From Planctomycetota bacterium (GTDB taxonomy: Bacteria > Planctomycetota > UBA8108 > SXIK01): 64,000 nucleotides of DNA. The position numbers and the translations under genes are program-made. How positions within the stretch are numbered: position 1 is the stretch's first letter; every line of letters begins with the position of its first letter. A model generated the notes under the pieces. That model had not been told where the DNA came from and ran no database searches. It saw nothing but the letters and a program-made list of their open reading frames with translations. Where the stretch lies: NCBI GenBank assembly GCA_965223265.1, contig OZ244999.1:2496001-2560000 (forward strand), read 5' to 3'. Shown here one piece after another: positions 1 to 8,520 of the stretch.

Positions 1-612
1 ATTCTGCGTGACCCGGTGGCTCGGTACATCTCCGACTACCAGCATTTTGTCGACCTGCTGGACTTTCCCGACGACTTTGAGCGCTGGCTCGACTTCGAGG
101 CGAGGCACAACTTTCAGACGCGCGCCATTGCTGGCAGTGATGACCTGGAGGCAGCAAAGACGATCTTGCGAAGTCGCTTCGACCTCGTCGGGCTCGTCGA
201 AGAGTACGGAGAATTTTTGGAGCAGCTGAGCCTGCTGTCGCCGTCGTGCGGACTGAGCCTCGAGTGCGAAGTCCGCAACAGCGCCGAGCAGCGAAAGTCG
301 CATCGGAAACCGCTGCCGCTGGATCAATTTCGCGAACAGATCATCGAGAACAACCGGATGGATCTGGCGCTCTACGAGGACGCGCGGGACGTTTTGCTGC
401 CGGAGCAGCGAGAGCGGTTTAGCGCGCGATGCGAAGGCGCCATCAGCACCACCGCGGCGACAGGCCAGCCGCGGCGACATCCCCTACGCGAACGAACGCG
501 AGCATCGATGAATCGTTTGTACAGAAACTTGATCTACAAGCCGTACCTCGGCTACGCCCCGTTTCGCTACCACGCCCTGCCACCCTATCGTAAACGCTCC
601 AAGAGAGACTGA
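1..612 (+). CDS. Sulfotransferase-family protein, 5' end outside the window
   Basis: Frame is open from base 1 and reads ILRDPVARYISDYQH, resembling the 3'-PB motif (LRDPxxRxxS.Y). It is followed by FDLVGLVE and NRMDLALYE, typical of Sulfotransfer_2-like proteins. The stop overlaps the next ATG. Confidence 0.7.
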   Translation: MLRDPVARYISDYQHFVDLLDFPDDFERWLDFEARHNFQTRAIAGSDDLEAAKTILRSRFDLVGLVEEYGEFLEQLSLLSPSCGLSLECEVRNSAEQRKSHRKPLPLDQFREQIIENNRMDLALYEDARDVLLPEQRERFSARCEGAISTTAATGQPRRHPLRERTRASMNRLYRNLIYKPYLGYAPFRYHALPPYRKRSKRD

Positions 613-1832
613 TGATTCGTTCGTTTCTAACGAAACACGCTCTCGGCATCGCATGGAGCCAAGCCGGCAACCGCGTTGCACGGCTTGTTGCGGCGCTCCT
701 CGTCTTCCGCGTTCTTGACGCCGACGGCGCCAACAGGTTCATGTGGCTTTTCTCCGCTGCCATGGTCGCCAGCGTTCTCAGTGATTTCGGGCTGCGGAAC
801 ACTGTTTACGCCAGAGTCGGGCGATTGGATCGAGATCAGCTACGGACTTACCTCGGCGAGGTCTATGGCTGGAAGCTGACTGCCAGTCTTGGGATTCTGA
901 TTCTGTTCCCGGCCTACATTCACTGGATTCACGACGAGCCCTGGCTCGTTGCGTTCCTCGCGGCGCTGCTGTCGGTGAACCTTTTCGTCTCCGACCCGGG
1001 CGTGCAGATACTTCGTGGCGTCGTTCTCGGGCACCTTGAATTCGTCGTTTTCGTGGTCGATAGCCTCCTGCCACTGGTGTTCATGTTGGCCCTCTGGTTC
1101 TTCGGATGGGATAGCCTAGCTTTGGTGGTTGCGGTGTGGGCGCTGACGAGCGTCATGCGGTCCGTGCTGACGTTCGCCTTGGTGAAACGGTACGTGTCTG
1201 AATTTTCGTTCTGCCGCTCCCCATCTCGGTTGCGCGCACTCGTTGCCGACAAAACTGCTGCGGGAGTCGTGCTCCTGATCTTTATGCTTCATCTGAGGTT
1301 TCCAGTCCTCGCGGCACCCTATTTGGGCATCGAAGAGCAGACTGGACTCATCGCCGCTCTCCTCATGATTCTGCAGTCGTTTCAGATCATCCCAGGGGTC
1401 GTGTCGAACGTGCTCATTCCGCTCCTCTACAAGGATGACCGAGGTGCCGATGTCTCGAAGCTTGTCGCGCCTTGCCTGGCGCTCAACGTCGTCGCGGGAG
1501 GTGTTGTCGCGGTTGTGCTTTTCTTCTTGGCGGCCCCCATCCTGATGCTACTCGACCCTAATCTTGCGGCGGGAGCTCATCTGCTACGGCTTTCGGTGCT
1601 GTCGCTGCCGTTTGTGTGCGCTAACCAGATGCTCCGACTCCTAGCGATCGCAGTCGAACTCAAAACCGTGCTCGTCGTCTCCATGGGATCGAGCGTGCTC
1701 GCTTCGATTGCGATGATCACCTCGCTCAGCTTGTCGCATGGGGCGAGAGGGGCCATCATAGGCTACATACTCTCTGAGGTGCTTCTTTTTGCCGTCCTTT
1801 GCGTCCTCGTCACGAGGAGGGGCGCGAAATGA
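612..1832 (+). CDS. Wzx-like oligosaccharide flippase (MATE/polysaccharide biosynthesis family)
   Basis: 406 aa, many TM segments, N-terminal LSDFGL motif, located in a polysaccharide cluster. Confidence 0.75.
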   Translation: MIRSFLTKHALGIAWSQAGNRVARLVAALLVFRVLDADGANRFMWLFSAAMVASVLSDFGLRNTVYARVGRLDRDQLRTYLGEVYGWKLTASLGILILFPAYIHWIHDEPWLVAFLAALLSVNLFVSDPGVQILRGVVLGHLEFVVFVVDSLLPLVFMLALWFFGWDSLALVVAVWALTSVMRSVLTFALVKRYVSEFSFCRSPSRLRALVADKTAAGVVLLIFMLHLRFPVLAAPYLGIEEQTGLIAALLMILQSFQIIPGVVSNVLIPLLYKDDRGADVSKLVAPCLALNVVAGGVVAVVLFFLAAPILMLLDPNLAAGAHLLRLSVLSLPFVCANQMLRLLAIAVELKTVLVVSMGSSVLASIAMITSLSLSHGARGAIIGYILSEVLLFAVLCVLVTRRGAK

Positions 1833-3073
1833 TCACTGAGTCTCGCTCTGCGTCGCGCACGTGCTGTGACCTATGGGTGTTCAGCCTCTTCGCCCTCGTC
1901 TTCGTGTTCGCCTCGAAGAGCCTATGGTACGACCTCAGGTTGATTCACCGCGAGCTGCTCGATCCGAGTCGTTTTCGACTCCTCTTCATCGTCTACGCTC
2001 TCCTCCTCTTACCGTTTCTTATCGTCGTGTTGTCGAGAGACGTGATCGGCGTGCTGACGAAGCGATGGAGTTGGCTGTTCGCAGCGCTAGCCTGGTACGG
2101 ACTCGTCCCCGCTCTCATCCACCGAAACGATTTGATCTACATCGCTCAAGATCTTTTCAAACTGTCGTTCGTACCGGCTGGATATCTCGCGTACCGTCTC
2201 GCCAGAGAGCGACTCGACGTGAAGAGATTCGCACTGTTTCTTGCGACTTCGGTGCTACTGTTTGAGATCGTTCGGCTCGCCATTCATGTGCTGGCGAAGG
2301 GTACGGGGACGAGGCTCGTCTACGGGACGATCATCGATGTTCTCCCGGTCGCGGCCTTTTTCGCTTTCATGTTGCATTCAACAGGTGCGAGGCGCTTCCT
2401 GTTCTTCCTGTTGACAGTTGCCAGTTTGCTCATGTCGCTGATCGGTCAGAAGCGGACTGTGCTTGCGTGCATTTGTCTCCTGGCATGCTTTTTCGTTGTC
2501 TCCACGCTTCGCAAGAATACGACGTTCGTGGTCTTTGCCGCGATCGTCACGACGTGTGCGCTCGCCGCGCTGGCGCTGGCAGGAGCTCTCAGCGGCGAAT
2601 TCGAGGTCGACGTCTTTCGTCGGCTTGCCGCAACCGACGTTCGAGCTGACATTGGCGAGTCCTCCGTGCGTTTCAAGGAGGTCAAAATCGCCATGCGGAC
2701 GCTAAAAGAAGGCGGTGTTGGCGCGCTTCTGTTCGGTTATGGGCACGGCGCCACTTTCGAGCTGTGGCATCCAGTGCGCGGCGTGGAGACGGTCCACAGC
2801 ATGCACTTCACTCCGGCGGCGATGATCTTTCGCTATGGATTCTTTGGCGTGGTTTTCTTCGCGATCCTGTTCGTGGCGATTTGGCGTCTCGTGTTGAGGC
2901 GAACGTCGATCGCCGCCTCAGCCGATGAAGCGGCCGTGACGCTTATGGGAAAAGGCTATCTTCTCAGCGCATCGATTGGCTGCTTTTTGCTCTTTGGTCT
3001 GGTGGATGATCTACTCTGCGGCGTCTTTTTGGGCGTCGTCGAGGATGGAACGCGGCGAACGGTGAGAGAGTGA
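1829..3073 (+). CDS. Wzy-like polymerase / O-antigen ligase family membrane protein
   Basis: ATG overlaps the wzx stop (ATGA). About 10 TM segments and a periplasmic loop with S.xVR...LFGYGHG...H, the Wzy_C/WaaL pattern. Confidence 0.65.
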   Translation: MITESRSASRTCCDLWVFSLFALVFVFASKSLWYDLRLIHRELLDPSRFRLLFIVYALLLLPFLIVVLSRDVIGVLTKRWSWLFAALAWYGLVPALIHRNDLIYIAQDLFKLSFVPAGYLAYRLARERLDVKRFALFLATSVLLFEIVRLAIHVLAKGTGTRLVYGTIIDVLPVAAFFAFMLHSTGARRFLFFLLTVASLLMSLIGQKRTVLACICLLACFFVVSTLRKNTTFVVFAAIVTTCALAALALAGALSGEFEVDVFRRLAATDVRADIGESSVRFKEVKIAMRTLKEGGVGALLFGYGHGATFELWHPVRGVETVHSMHFTPAAMIFRYGFFGVVFFAILFVAIWRLVLRRTSIAASADEAAVTLMGKGYLLSASIGCFLLFGLVDDLLCGVFLGVVEDGTRRTVRE

Positions 3074-3080
3074 CTCAGTA

Positions 3081-5003
3081 ATGTGTGGTATCGCCGGGTT
3101 CTATGGTTCTTTCAATGGGCAGCTGCTCGAGGCGATGAATGCCAGGACGCGCCACCGCGGCCCTGACGACGAAGGTACTCTCCATCTTGCCGATGTCGGC
3201 GTTGGTCTTGCCCACACGCGCCTGTCGATTCTCGACCTTTCGGAGCGTGGGCGACAGCCGATGTGGGACGCGACGAACTCGGTGGCGATCACGTACAACG
3301 GCGAGATCTACAACTACCGCGAGCTGCGTGAAGAGCTATCGAGCAATGGGTTCGCTTTTCGGAGCGGAACGGACACTGAGGTTCTTCTGAACCTTTACTT
3401 GAAGCACGGCGAGGAGATGCTCAGCCGGCTCAATGGCATCTTCGCGTTCGCGCTCTGGGATCGTCGTCAGCGGCGGATGCTGGCGGCGCGGGATGGTTTC
3501 GGGGTCAAGCCACTCTATTTCGCCGAAACGACGGCCGGGTTCGTGTTTGCCAGCGAGATCAAAGCGCTGCTTGAGGCGGAGTCCGTCGCGCGTGACCTCA
3601 ATCCTGCGGCGGTGCGTCACTACTTGACGTATTTGTGGTGTCCGGCGCCAGAGACGATCCTCAAGTCCGTGCGCAAGCTAGAGCCTGGACACGTGCTCAC
3701 CTTGAGTGACGGCAAAATCGTCTCATCTCGGTGTTTCTACGAGCTTCCCTACGACCAAGCGATCGCCGAGCCGTCGGTGGAGGAGGCGGCGGCGGAGCTT
3801 CGAGAGCGTCTTGAGAAGGCGGTCGAGCGACAGTTGGTTTCCGACGTGCCGGTCGGAGCGTTCCTCTCCGGTGGGCTCGACTCTAGCGCCGTGGTGGCGA
3901 TGGCGAAGCAAGCCGGCAGCGAGCGCCTGCAGTGCTTCACGATCGAGCAGAACGATCCGCGCGTCGAGGCGAGCGAAGGTCCGTCGCTTGATCTGCCGTA
4001 TGCGCGTAAGGTGGCGAGCCATCTCGATGTGGACCTCCACGTCATTACTGTCGGTCCTGAAATGACGGATCTGCTCGAGACGATGATTTATCACCTCGAC
4101 GAGCCGCAGGCCGACCTCGCCCCGATCAACGTCTACTTCATCTGCAAGTTGGCGCGTGAGCATGGCATCAAGGTGCTGCTCTCTGGTGCTGGCGGTGACG
4201 ATATCTTTTCAGGCTACCGCCGCCACTATGCGTTGGGTTTGGAAAGGTTTTGGAGCTGGATGCCGCGCTGGGCGAGGCGGTTCGTTCGCGGTGGAACGCA
4301 GTTGGTGCCGGTCTCCCACCGCGTTGGCAGGAAGCTGCGCAAGGCGTTTGAGTTTGCCGACGTCGATGTTCTCGAGCGGACGGCTGGCTATTTCTACTGG
4401 AATCATCCGGCGTTCCTCGAGACCCTTCTTGCGGACAGCGCCGCCGACGGAGACGGCACGATTGCATGCCCGCTGACGCGAGCCCTTCGACGATTGCCTG
4501 CGGAGATGCCAGCGCTCAACAAAATGCTTTATCTCGACGCCAAGTATTTCCTCGCTGACCACAACCTCAACTACACCGACAAGCTCAGCATGGCGCACGG
4601 CGTTGAGGTCCGTGTGCCACTCCTCGACCCTGACGTGGTCGCCATGGCCGCGCGCCTGCCGGTCTGGATGAAGCAGAATGGGCGGACGGGCAAGTGGATC
4701 TTTAAGAAGGCGATGGAAGCGTCGTTGCCGGAGAGTGTGATCTACCGTCCGAAAGCCGGCTTCGGAGCCCCGCTTCGCACTTGGCTCCGGGGCGAGCTGC
4801 AGCCGCTCGTCGAGGACGTGCTGTCGGAAGCGTCGCTTTCGAGGCGAGGACTCTTCGATCCGCAGGGGGTGAGACGCATGATTGAGCTCGACCGCCGTGG
4901 TGCAATGGATGCGGCCTATCCGACGCTGGCGCTGATGTCGATTGAGTTGTGGTGCCGGATCTTCCTCGACCGCCGCACCACTCCTGAATCGGCCGCCCCC
5001 TGA
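3081..5003 (+). CDS. asnB: Asparagine synthase (glutamine-hydrolysing), polysaccharide amidotransferase type
   Basis: MCGIAG Ntn N-terminus, HRGPD, RLSILDLS, NGEIYNY, SGGLDSS, LSGAGGDD, EVRVPLLD. Confidence 0.93.
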   Translation: MCGIAGFYGSFNGQLLEAMNARTRHRGPDDEGTLHLADVGVGLAHTRLSILDLSERGRQPMWDATNSVAITYNGEIYNYRELREELSSNGFAFRSGTDTEVLLNLYLKHGEEMLSRLNGIFAFALWDRRQRRMLAARDGFGVKPLYFAETTAGFVFASEIKALLEAESVARDLNPAAVRHYLTYLWCPAPETILKSVRKLEPGHVLTLSDGKIVSSRCFYELPYDQAIAEPSVEEAAAELRERLEKAVERQLVSDVPVGAFLSGGLDSSAVVAMAKQAGSERLQCFTIEQNDPRVEASEGPSLDLPYARKVASHLDVDLHVITVGPEMTDLLETMIYHLDEPQADLAPINVYFICKLAREHGIKVLLSGAGGDDIFSGYRRHYALGLERFWSWMPRWARRFVRGGTQLVPVSHRVGRKLRKAFEFADVDVLERTAGYFYWNHPAFLETLLADSAADGDGTIACPLTRALRRLPAEMPALNKMLYLDAKYFLADHNLNYTDKLSMAHGVEVRVPLLDPDVVAMAARLPVWMKQNGRTGKWIFKKAMEASLPESVIYRPKAGFGAPLRTWLRGELQPLVEDVLSEASLSRRGLFDPQGVRRMIELDRRGAMDAAYPTLALMSIELWCRIFLDRRTTPESAAP

Positions 5004-5100
5004 GAACCTCTCCGATCGAGCTGTGGTGCCGGATTTCCTCAATCGCCACACGACCCGTGGATCGATTCCGAGTGCCTCCTTCTCCTTCTTCTCCTCTCCT

Positions 5101-5117
5101 GAACCAATCCCAGGTTC
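5101..5117 (-). repeat. Single inverted copy of the array repeat downstream of the HUH gene
   Basis: Minus strand reads GAACCTGGGATTGGTTC versus consensus GAACCTGGGACAGGGTTC. It sits in a GAAGAA/GGAGAA purine tract like the array linkers. Confidence 0.6.
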
Positions 5118-5355
5118 CTTCTTCTTGTTCTTCTTGCAGGTTGGAGGAATCGGTCCGAATCCATGCCGAACAGCGCGCTTTCGACTGCGGAAGCGGCTTT
5201 CGTCACAACGACCTGCCGTCAAACGCTGTCGTTTCGACCTGCGGCGGAAGTTTTCATTCAATTGTGGCGTTTCCGCGACGTACATCGGCCACGGTTCCAA
5301 CGCGGAGTCAGAACGTTGTTCGCGGATCAAGATGCGTCGATGTCGATTCCATCCG

Positions 5356-6258
5356 CTACGGCGGCATCGGCGCGCAGCGCGCCGCGAAGTGAACACGCAT
5401 CCAGTAGGTACCGAACGGGAACAGCGCCTCGCGAAGGCCGGCGCAGAATTCCGTCAGGGCGCTACGGTACTCTCTGAGGAATCGCTTGTATTTCAGGAGT
5501 GCGTCGATGCGTCTCTCCTTGTCGCGGCATGCGAAGCGGGGATTGAGCTTTCGATACGGTTCAGCATTGCCGGGGCGAGCCAGCGGACTTTGGCGACGGA
5601 CGGCTCTGACGCCTGCGAACCGCCTGCCGCGCCGATCCATGTCGTTCCGTATGTCGGCTTCCTTCGATTCAAGATTCTTTTCCACGAGAGACGTGAGCTG
5701 TTCCTGCGAAAGTCCGGACTGAAGCGGCGGTGCTGAAATGTTTAGAGAGACGCGGTCGGGCATACTGCCATTATCTTGAAAAAAGAACGCTGGACGTATG
5801 ATCTCACGGCAAGTGCCGAAGTCCTGCGGCGATGAACGCAGGCCTGGCCACTCGTCTCCGTGAGAAACTAAACCTGCCGCCACGGGGTTGGCGAGGACGT
5901 AGACAGTCTTGTCGATCACGTCTTCTTCGCCGACGAGCGTCACTGCGCTGTACGAACCCGGTGTCCAGACGTTCTCGCGGCGCCCATAGTAGGCATTCAG
6001 CGCTCGCGCGACCAAACAGTTCAGGAGTTGAGTAAACGCAGGCAGGTTGCCAAGTCGGTCTGTGACAATCAAGTGGTAGTGGTTGCTGAGAACACAATAG
6101 CAATGGACGTCGATGAGGAAGCGTTCGGCAGCGTGCGCTAGCAGGTACAGAACAACCTGATTGACCACCTTCGACGGACGAAGGAGGAACTGCCGCTGCG
6201 CGCATCGACGCGTAACCATGTAAGTCGTCCCAGGGATAATTTGTCGTGGTGCTGTCAT
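5356..6258 (-). CDS. HUH/Y1 tyrosine transposase (REP-associated RAYT / TnpA-Y1 like)
   Basis: MTAPRQIIPGTTYMVTRRC start, HUH motif in YCVLSNHYHLIV, catalytic Tyr in VYVLANPV, W.SS-like WPGLRSS, plus a C-terminal extension of more than 100 aa. No adjacent tnpB. Confidence 0.88.
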   Translation of the reverse strand: MTAPRQIIPGTTYMVTRRCAQRQFLLRPSKVVNQVVLYLLAHAAERFLIDVHCYCVLSNHYHLIVTDRLGNLPAFTQLLNCLVARALNAYYGRRENVWTPGSYSAVTLVGEEDVIDKTVYVLANPVAAGLVSHGDEWPGLRSSPQDFGTCREIIRPAFFFQDNGSMPDRVSLNISAPPLQSGLSQEQLTSLVEKNLESKEADIRNDMDRRGRRFAGVRAVRRQSPLARPGNAEPYRKLNPRFACRDKERRIDALLKYKRFLREYRSALTEFCAGLREALFPFGTYWMRVHFAARCAPMPP

Positions 6259-6511
6259 CGTCGCCACATATAGGCAAACTACGTTCCACACACGCCAGCG
6301 GACGCAAATAAGTCGTAAGTCGTGGCACTCGTTTAGCCTTGTGGATTCAGTCGAGGCGGTCTGTCCTGTCGAGTTGTCGCGTACCTGCGACAACTGTTCG
6401 ATTCCGAGCGGTCAATCGTCACCGGTGGTTCTTTCTGGCTTTGCGTGTGAGTCTGAGATGGGTCGTCAGGATCGCTGCAAGGAAGGGACAGGGAGGCGGC
6501 AGATGGGCCAG

Positions 6512-7590
6512 GAACAAACCTGGGACGGGGAGAAGGAAGAGAAGAAAAGAAGGAAGAAGGAGAAAAGAAGAACGAACCTGGGACAGGGCTCGGGAAACCA
6601 AAACGAACCTGGGACAGTTCGAGGTTCGAGGTTCGCGGGGGCTCGGGAAACCCGTGGGTGAAGAACGAACCTGGGAAGGGAAGGACGGAAGGACGGGCGG
6701 CCTGAGGAACCTGGGACAGGATTCGGCGAACCTAAAAAGAGAGGAAGAAGGAGAAAAGAAGAACGAACCTGGGACAGGGTTCGAAAAGAACGAACCTGAG
6801 ACAGGGTTCGGTCCGGGGCTCGGGGTTCCGGGAAACCAAAACGAACCTGGGACAGGGTTCGAACCTATGGGTGAAGAACGAACCTGGGACAGGGAAGGAC
6901 GGAAGGACGTGGGTGAAGAACGAACCTGGGACAGGGTTCGAACCTATGGGTGAAGAACGAACCTGGGACAGGATTCGGCGAACCTAAAAAGAGAGGAAGA
7001 AGGAGAAAAGAAGAACGAACCTGGGACAGGGTTCGGTCCGGGGCTCGGGGTTCGCGAGAAACCAAAACGAACCTGGGACAGGGTTCGAACCTAAAAGAAC
7101 GAACCTGGGACAGGGTTCGGTGGTTCGGTCCGGGGCTCGGGGTTCCGGGAAACCAAAACGAACCTGGGACAGTTCGGGGTTCGCGCGGGGTTCCGGGAAA
7201 CCAAAACGAACCTGGGACAGGGTTCGAACCTATGGGTGAAGAACGAACCTGGGACAGGGAAGGACGGAAGGACGTGGGTGAAGAACGAACCTGGGACAGG
7301 GTTCGAACCTATGGGTGAAGAACGAACCTGGGACAGGATTCGGCGAACCTAAAAAGAGAGGAAGAAGGAGAAAAGAAGAACGAACCTGGGACAGGGTTCG
7401 GTCCGGGGCTCGGGGTTCGCGAGAAACCAAAACGAACCTGGGACAGGGTTCGAACCTAAAAGAACGAACCTGGGACAGGGTTCGGTGGTTCGGTCCGGGG
7501 CTCGGGGTTCCGGGAAACCAAAACGAACCTGGGACAGTTCGGGGTTCGCGGGGTTCGCGAGAAACCAAAACGAACCTGGGACAGGGTTCG
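6512..7590 (+). repeat. Array of ~24 direct repeats (G/A)AACGAACCTGGGACAG(GGTTCG) with recurring linkers
   Basis: Counted ~24 copies, e.g. 6570, 6761, 6876, 6918, 7013, 7097, 7241, 7283, 7378, 7462, 7569. Many form a CGAACC-TGGGACAG-GGTTCG hairpin. Includes a 365-bp tandem duplication (6821-7185 / 7186-7550). Confidence 0.95.
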
Positions 7591-7683
7591 GGCCGAGAGT
7601 GTCCTTCCGGCAAGCCTGCATGATCACGGGGGAGAATTTCGATATCGTCAGCGGTCCAACCCAATCCAAAAGGAGGACCGCCG

Positions 7684-8085
7684 ATGCCCCGCAGAGCCGA
7701 ACCGACACCTCGCCGACTTGAGACCGCACGCCTGCGCTTCGAGGAGTGGCGCGCCGAGCGCAAGCGTGGAGCGCGCATTCCGAAACGACTCTGGTCGCAG
7801 GCGGTCGAGCTTGCGAAAGAGTTTGGACTGCACCGCACCTCACGCGCTCTGGGGGTCGATTACGCGACATTGAAAAGACGAGCAGGCGCAGTCGGTGAAC
7901 CAGTCGTCGAGACACGGGAGCGCGGCGGCTTCGTCGAAGTCGCCGTGCCTCCCGCCGCTACACCTGGCTGCTGCACCATCGAGATCGAAGACGTCACAGG
8001 CCAGCGGATGCGCTTCAAGCTCCCGAGCATCGATCCGGCGACACTCACTTCCATCGCTCGTGCATTCCTTCGAAGCGAGTCATGA
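7684..8085 (+). CDS. tnpA: IS66 accessory protein TnpA-like (HTH)
   Basis: AGGAGG RBS; HTH-like IPKRLWSQAVELA...ALGVDYATLKRR, then FVEV...IEIE; overlaps the tnpB start. Confidence 0.75.
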   Translation: MPRRAEPTPRRLETARLRFEEWRAERKRGARIPKRLWSQAVELAKEFGLHRTSRALGVDYATLKRRAGAVGEPVVETRERGGFVEVAVPPAATPGCCTIEIEDVTGQRMRFKLPSIDPATLTSIARAFLRSES

Positions 8086-8441
8086 TCCAAGTCACTCCAC
8101 AGATGCGGATCCTGGTGGCGGTCGAGCCGGCGGACTTCCGTAAGGGCATCGACGGTCTGGTGAGGATCTGCCGAGAGGAGCTTCCCGCCGATCCGTTCTC
8201 CGGCACTGTGTTCGTCTTCCGTAACCGGCGCCGGACGTCGATCAAAGTCGTCGTTTACGACGGCCAAGGATTTTGGCTCTGCCAGAAACGCCTGTCGACA
8301 GGACGTTTTCGCTTTTGGCCGAACTCTTCAGAGAAGAGTCGGCAGCTCGAAGCGCACGAGCTCCAGATGCTTCTCAGTGCTGGGAATCCAGAAGCCGGCG
8401 CGGCTCCAGAGCCGTGGAGAAGCGTCTGTGTGGCCGTCTGA
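8082..8441 (+). CDS. tnpB: IS66 accessory protein TnpB (Orf2)
   Basis: DFRKGIDGL, VFVFRNRRR, YDGQGFWLCQKRL..GRF: IS66 Orf2 signature. Confidence 0.92.
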   Translation: MIQVTPQMRILVAVEPADFRKGIDGLVRICREELPADPFSGTVFVFRNRRRTSIKVVVYDGQGFWLCQKRLSTGRFRFWPNSSEKSRQLEAHELQMLLSAGNPEAGAAPEPWRSVCVAV

Positions 8442-8520
8442 TTTTTTTGAAAGAAACACTAGATTTTTGCGTTCCGCATCGCTACGCTCCAGCGTGCTAC
8501 CTCAGAGAGCATGACTGGAA

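Noticed and set aside
4209-5736. Long ORFs 4209-5396 (-) and 4942-5736 (+)
   Set aside because: Antisense shadows of asnB and the HUH gene; Arg/Ser-rich with no motifs.
6856-6866. GGTTCGAACC resembling a tRNA T-loop
   Set aside because: No acceptor, D or anticodon arms; it is a palindromic sub-word of the array.
6512-7590. CRISPR array
   Set aside because: The core repeat is only ~17-23 bp, linkers vary in length and are reused rather than unique, and no cas genes are in the window.
6339-7623. ORFs with EERTWDR / NEPGTG peptide repeats
   Set aside because: They appear in several frames and on both strands with no RBS; they are translations of the DNA repeat.
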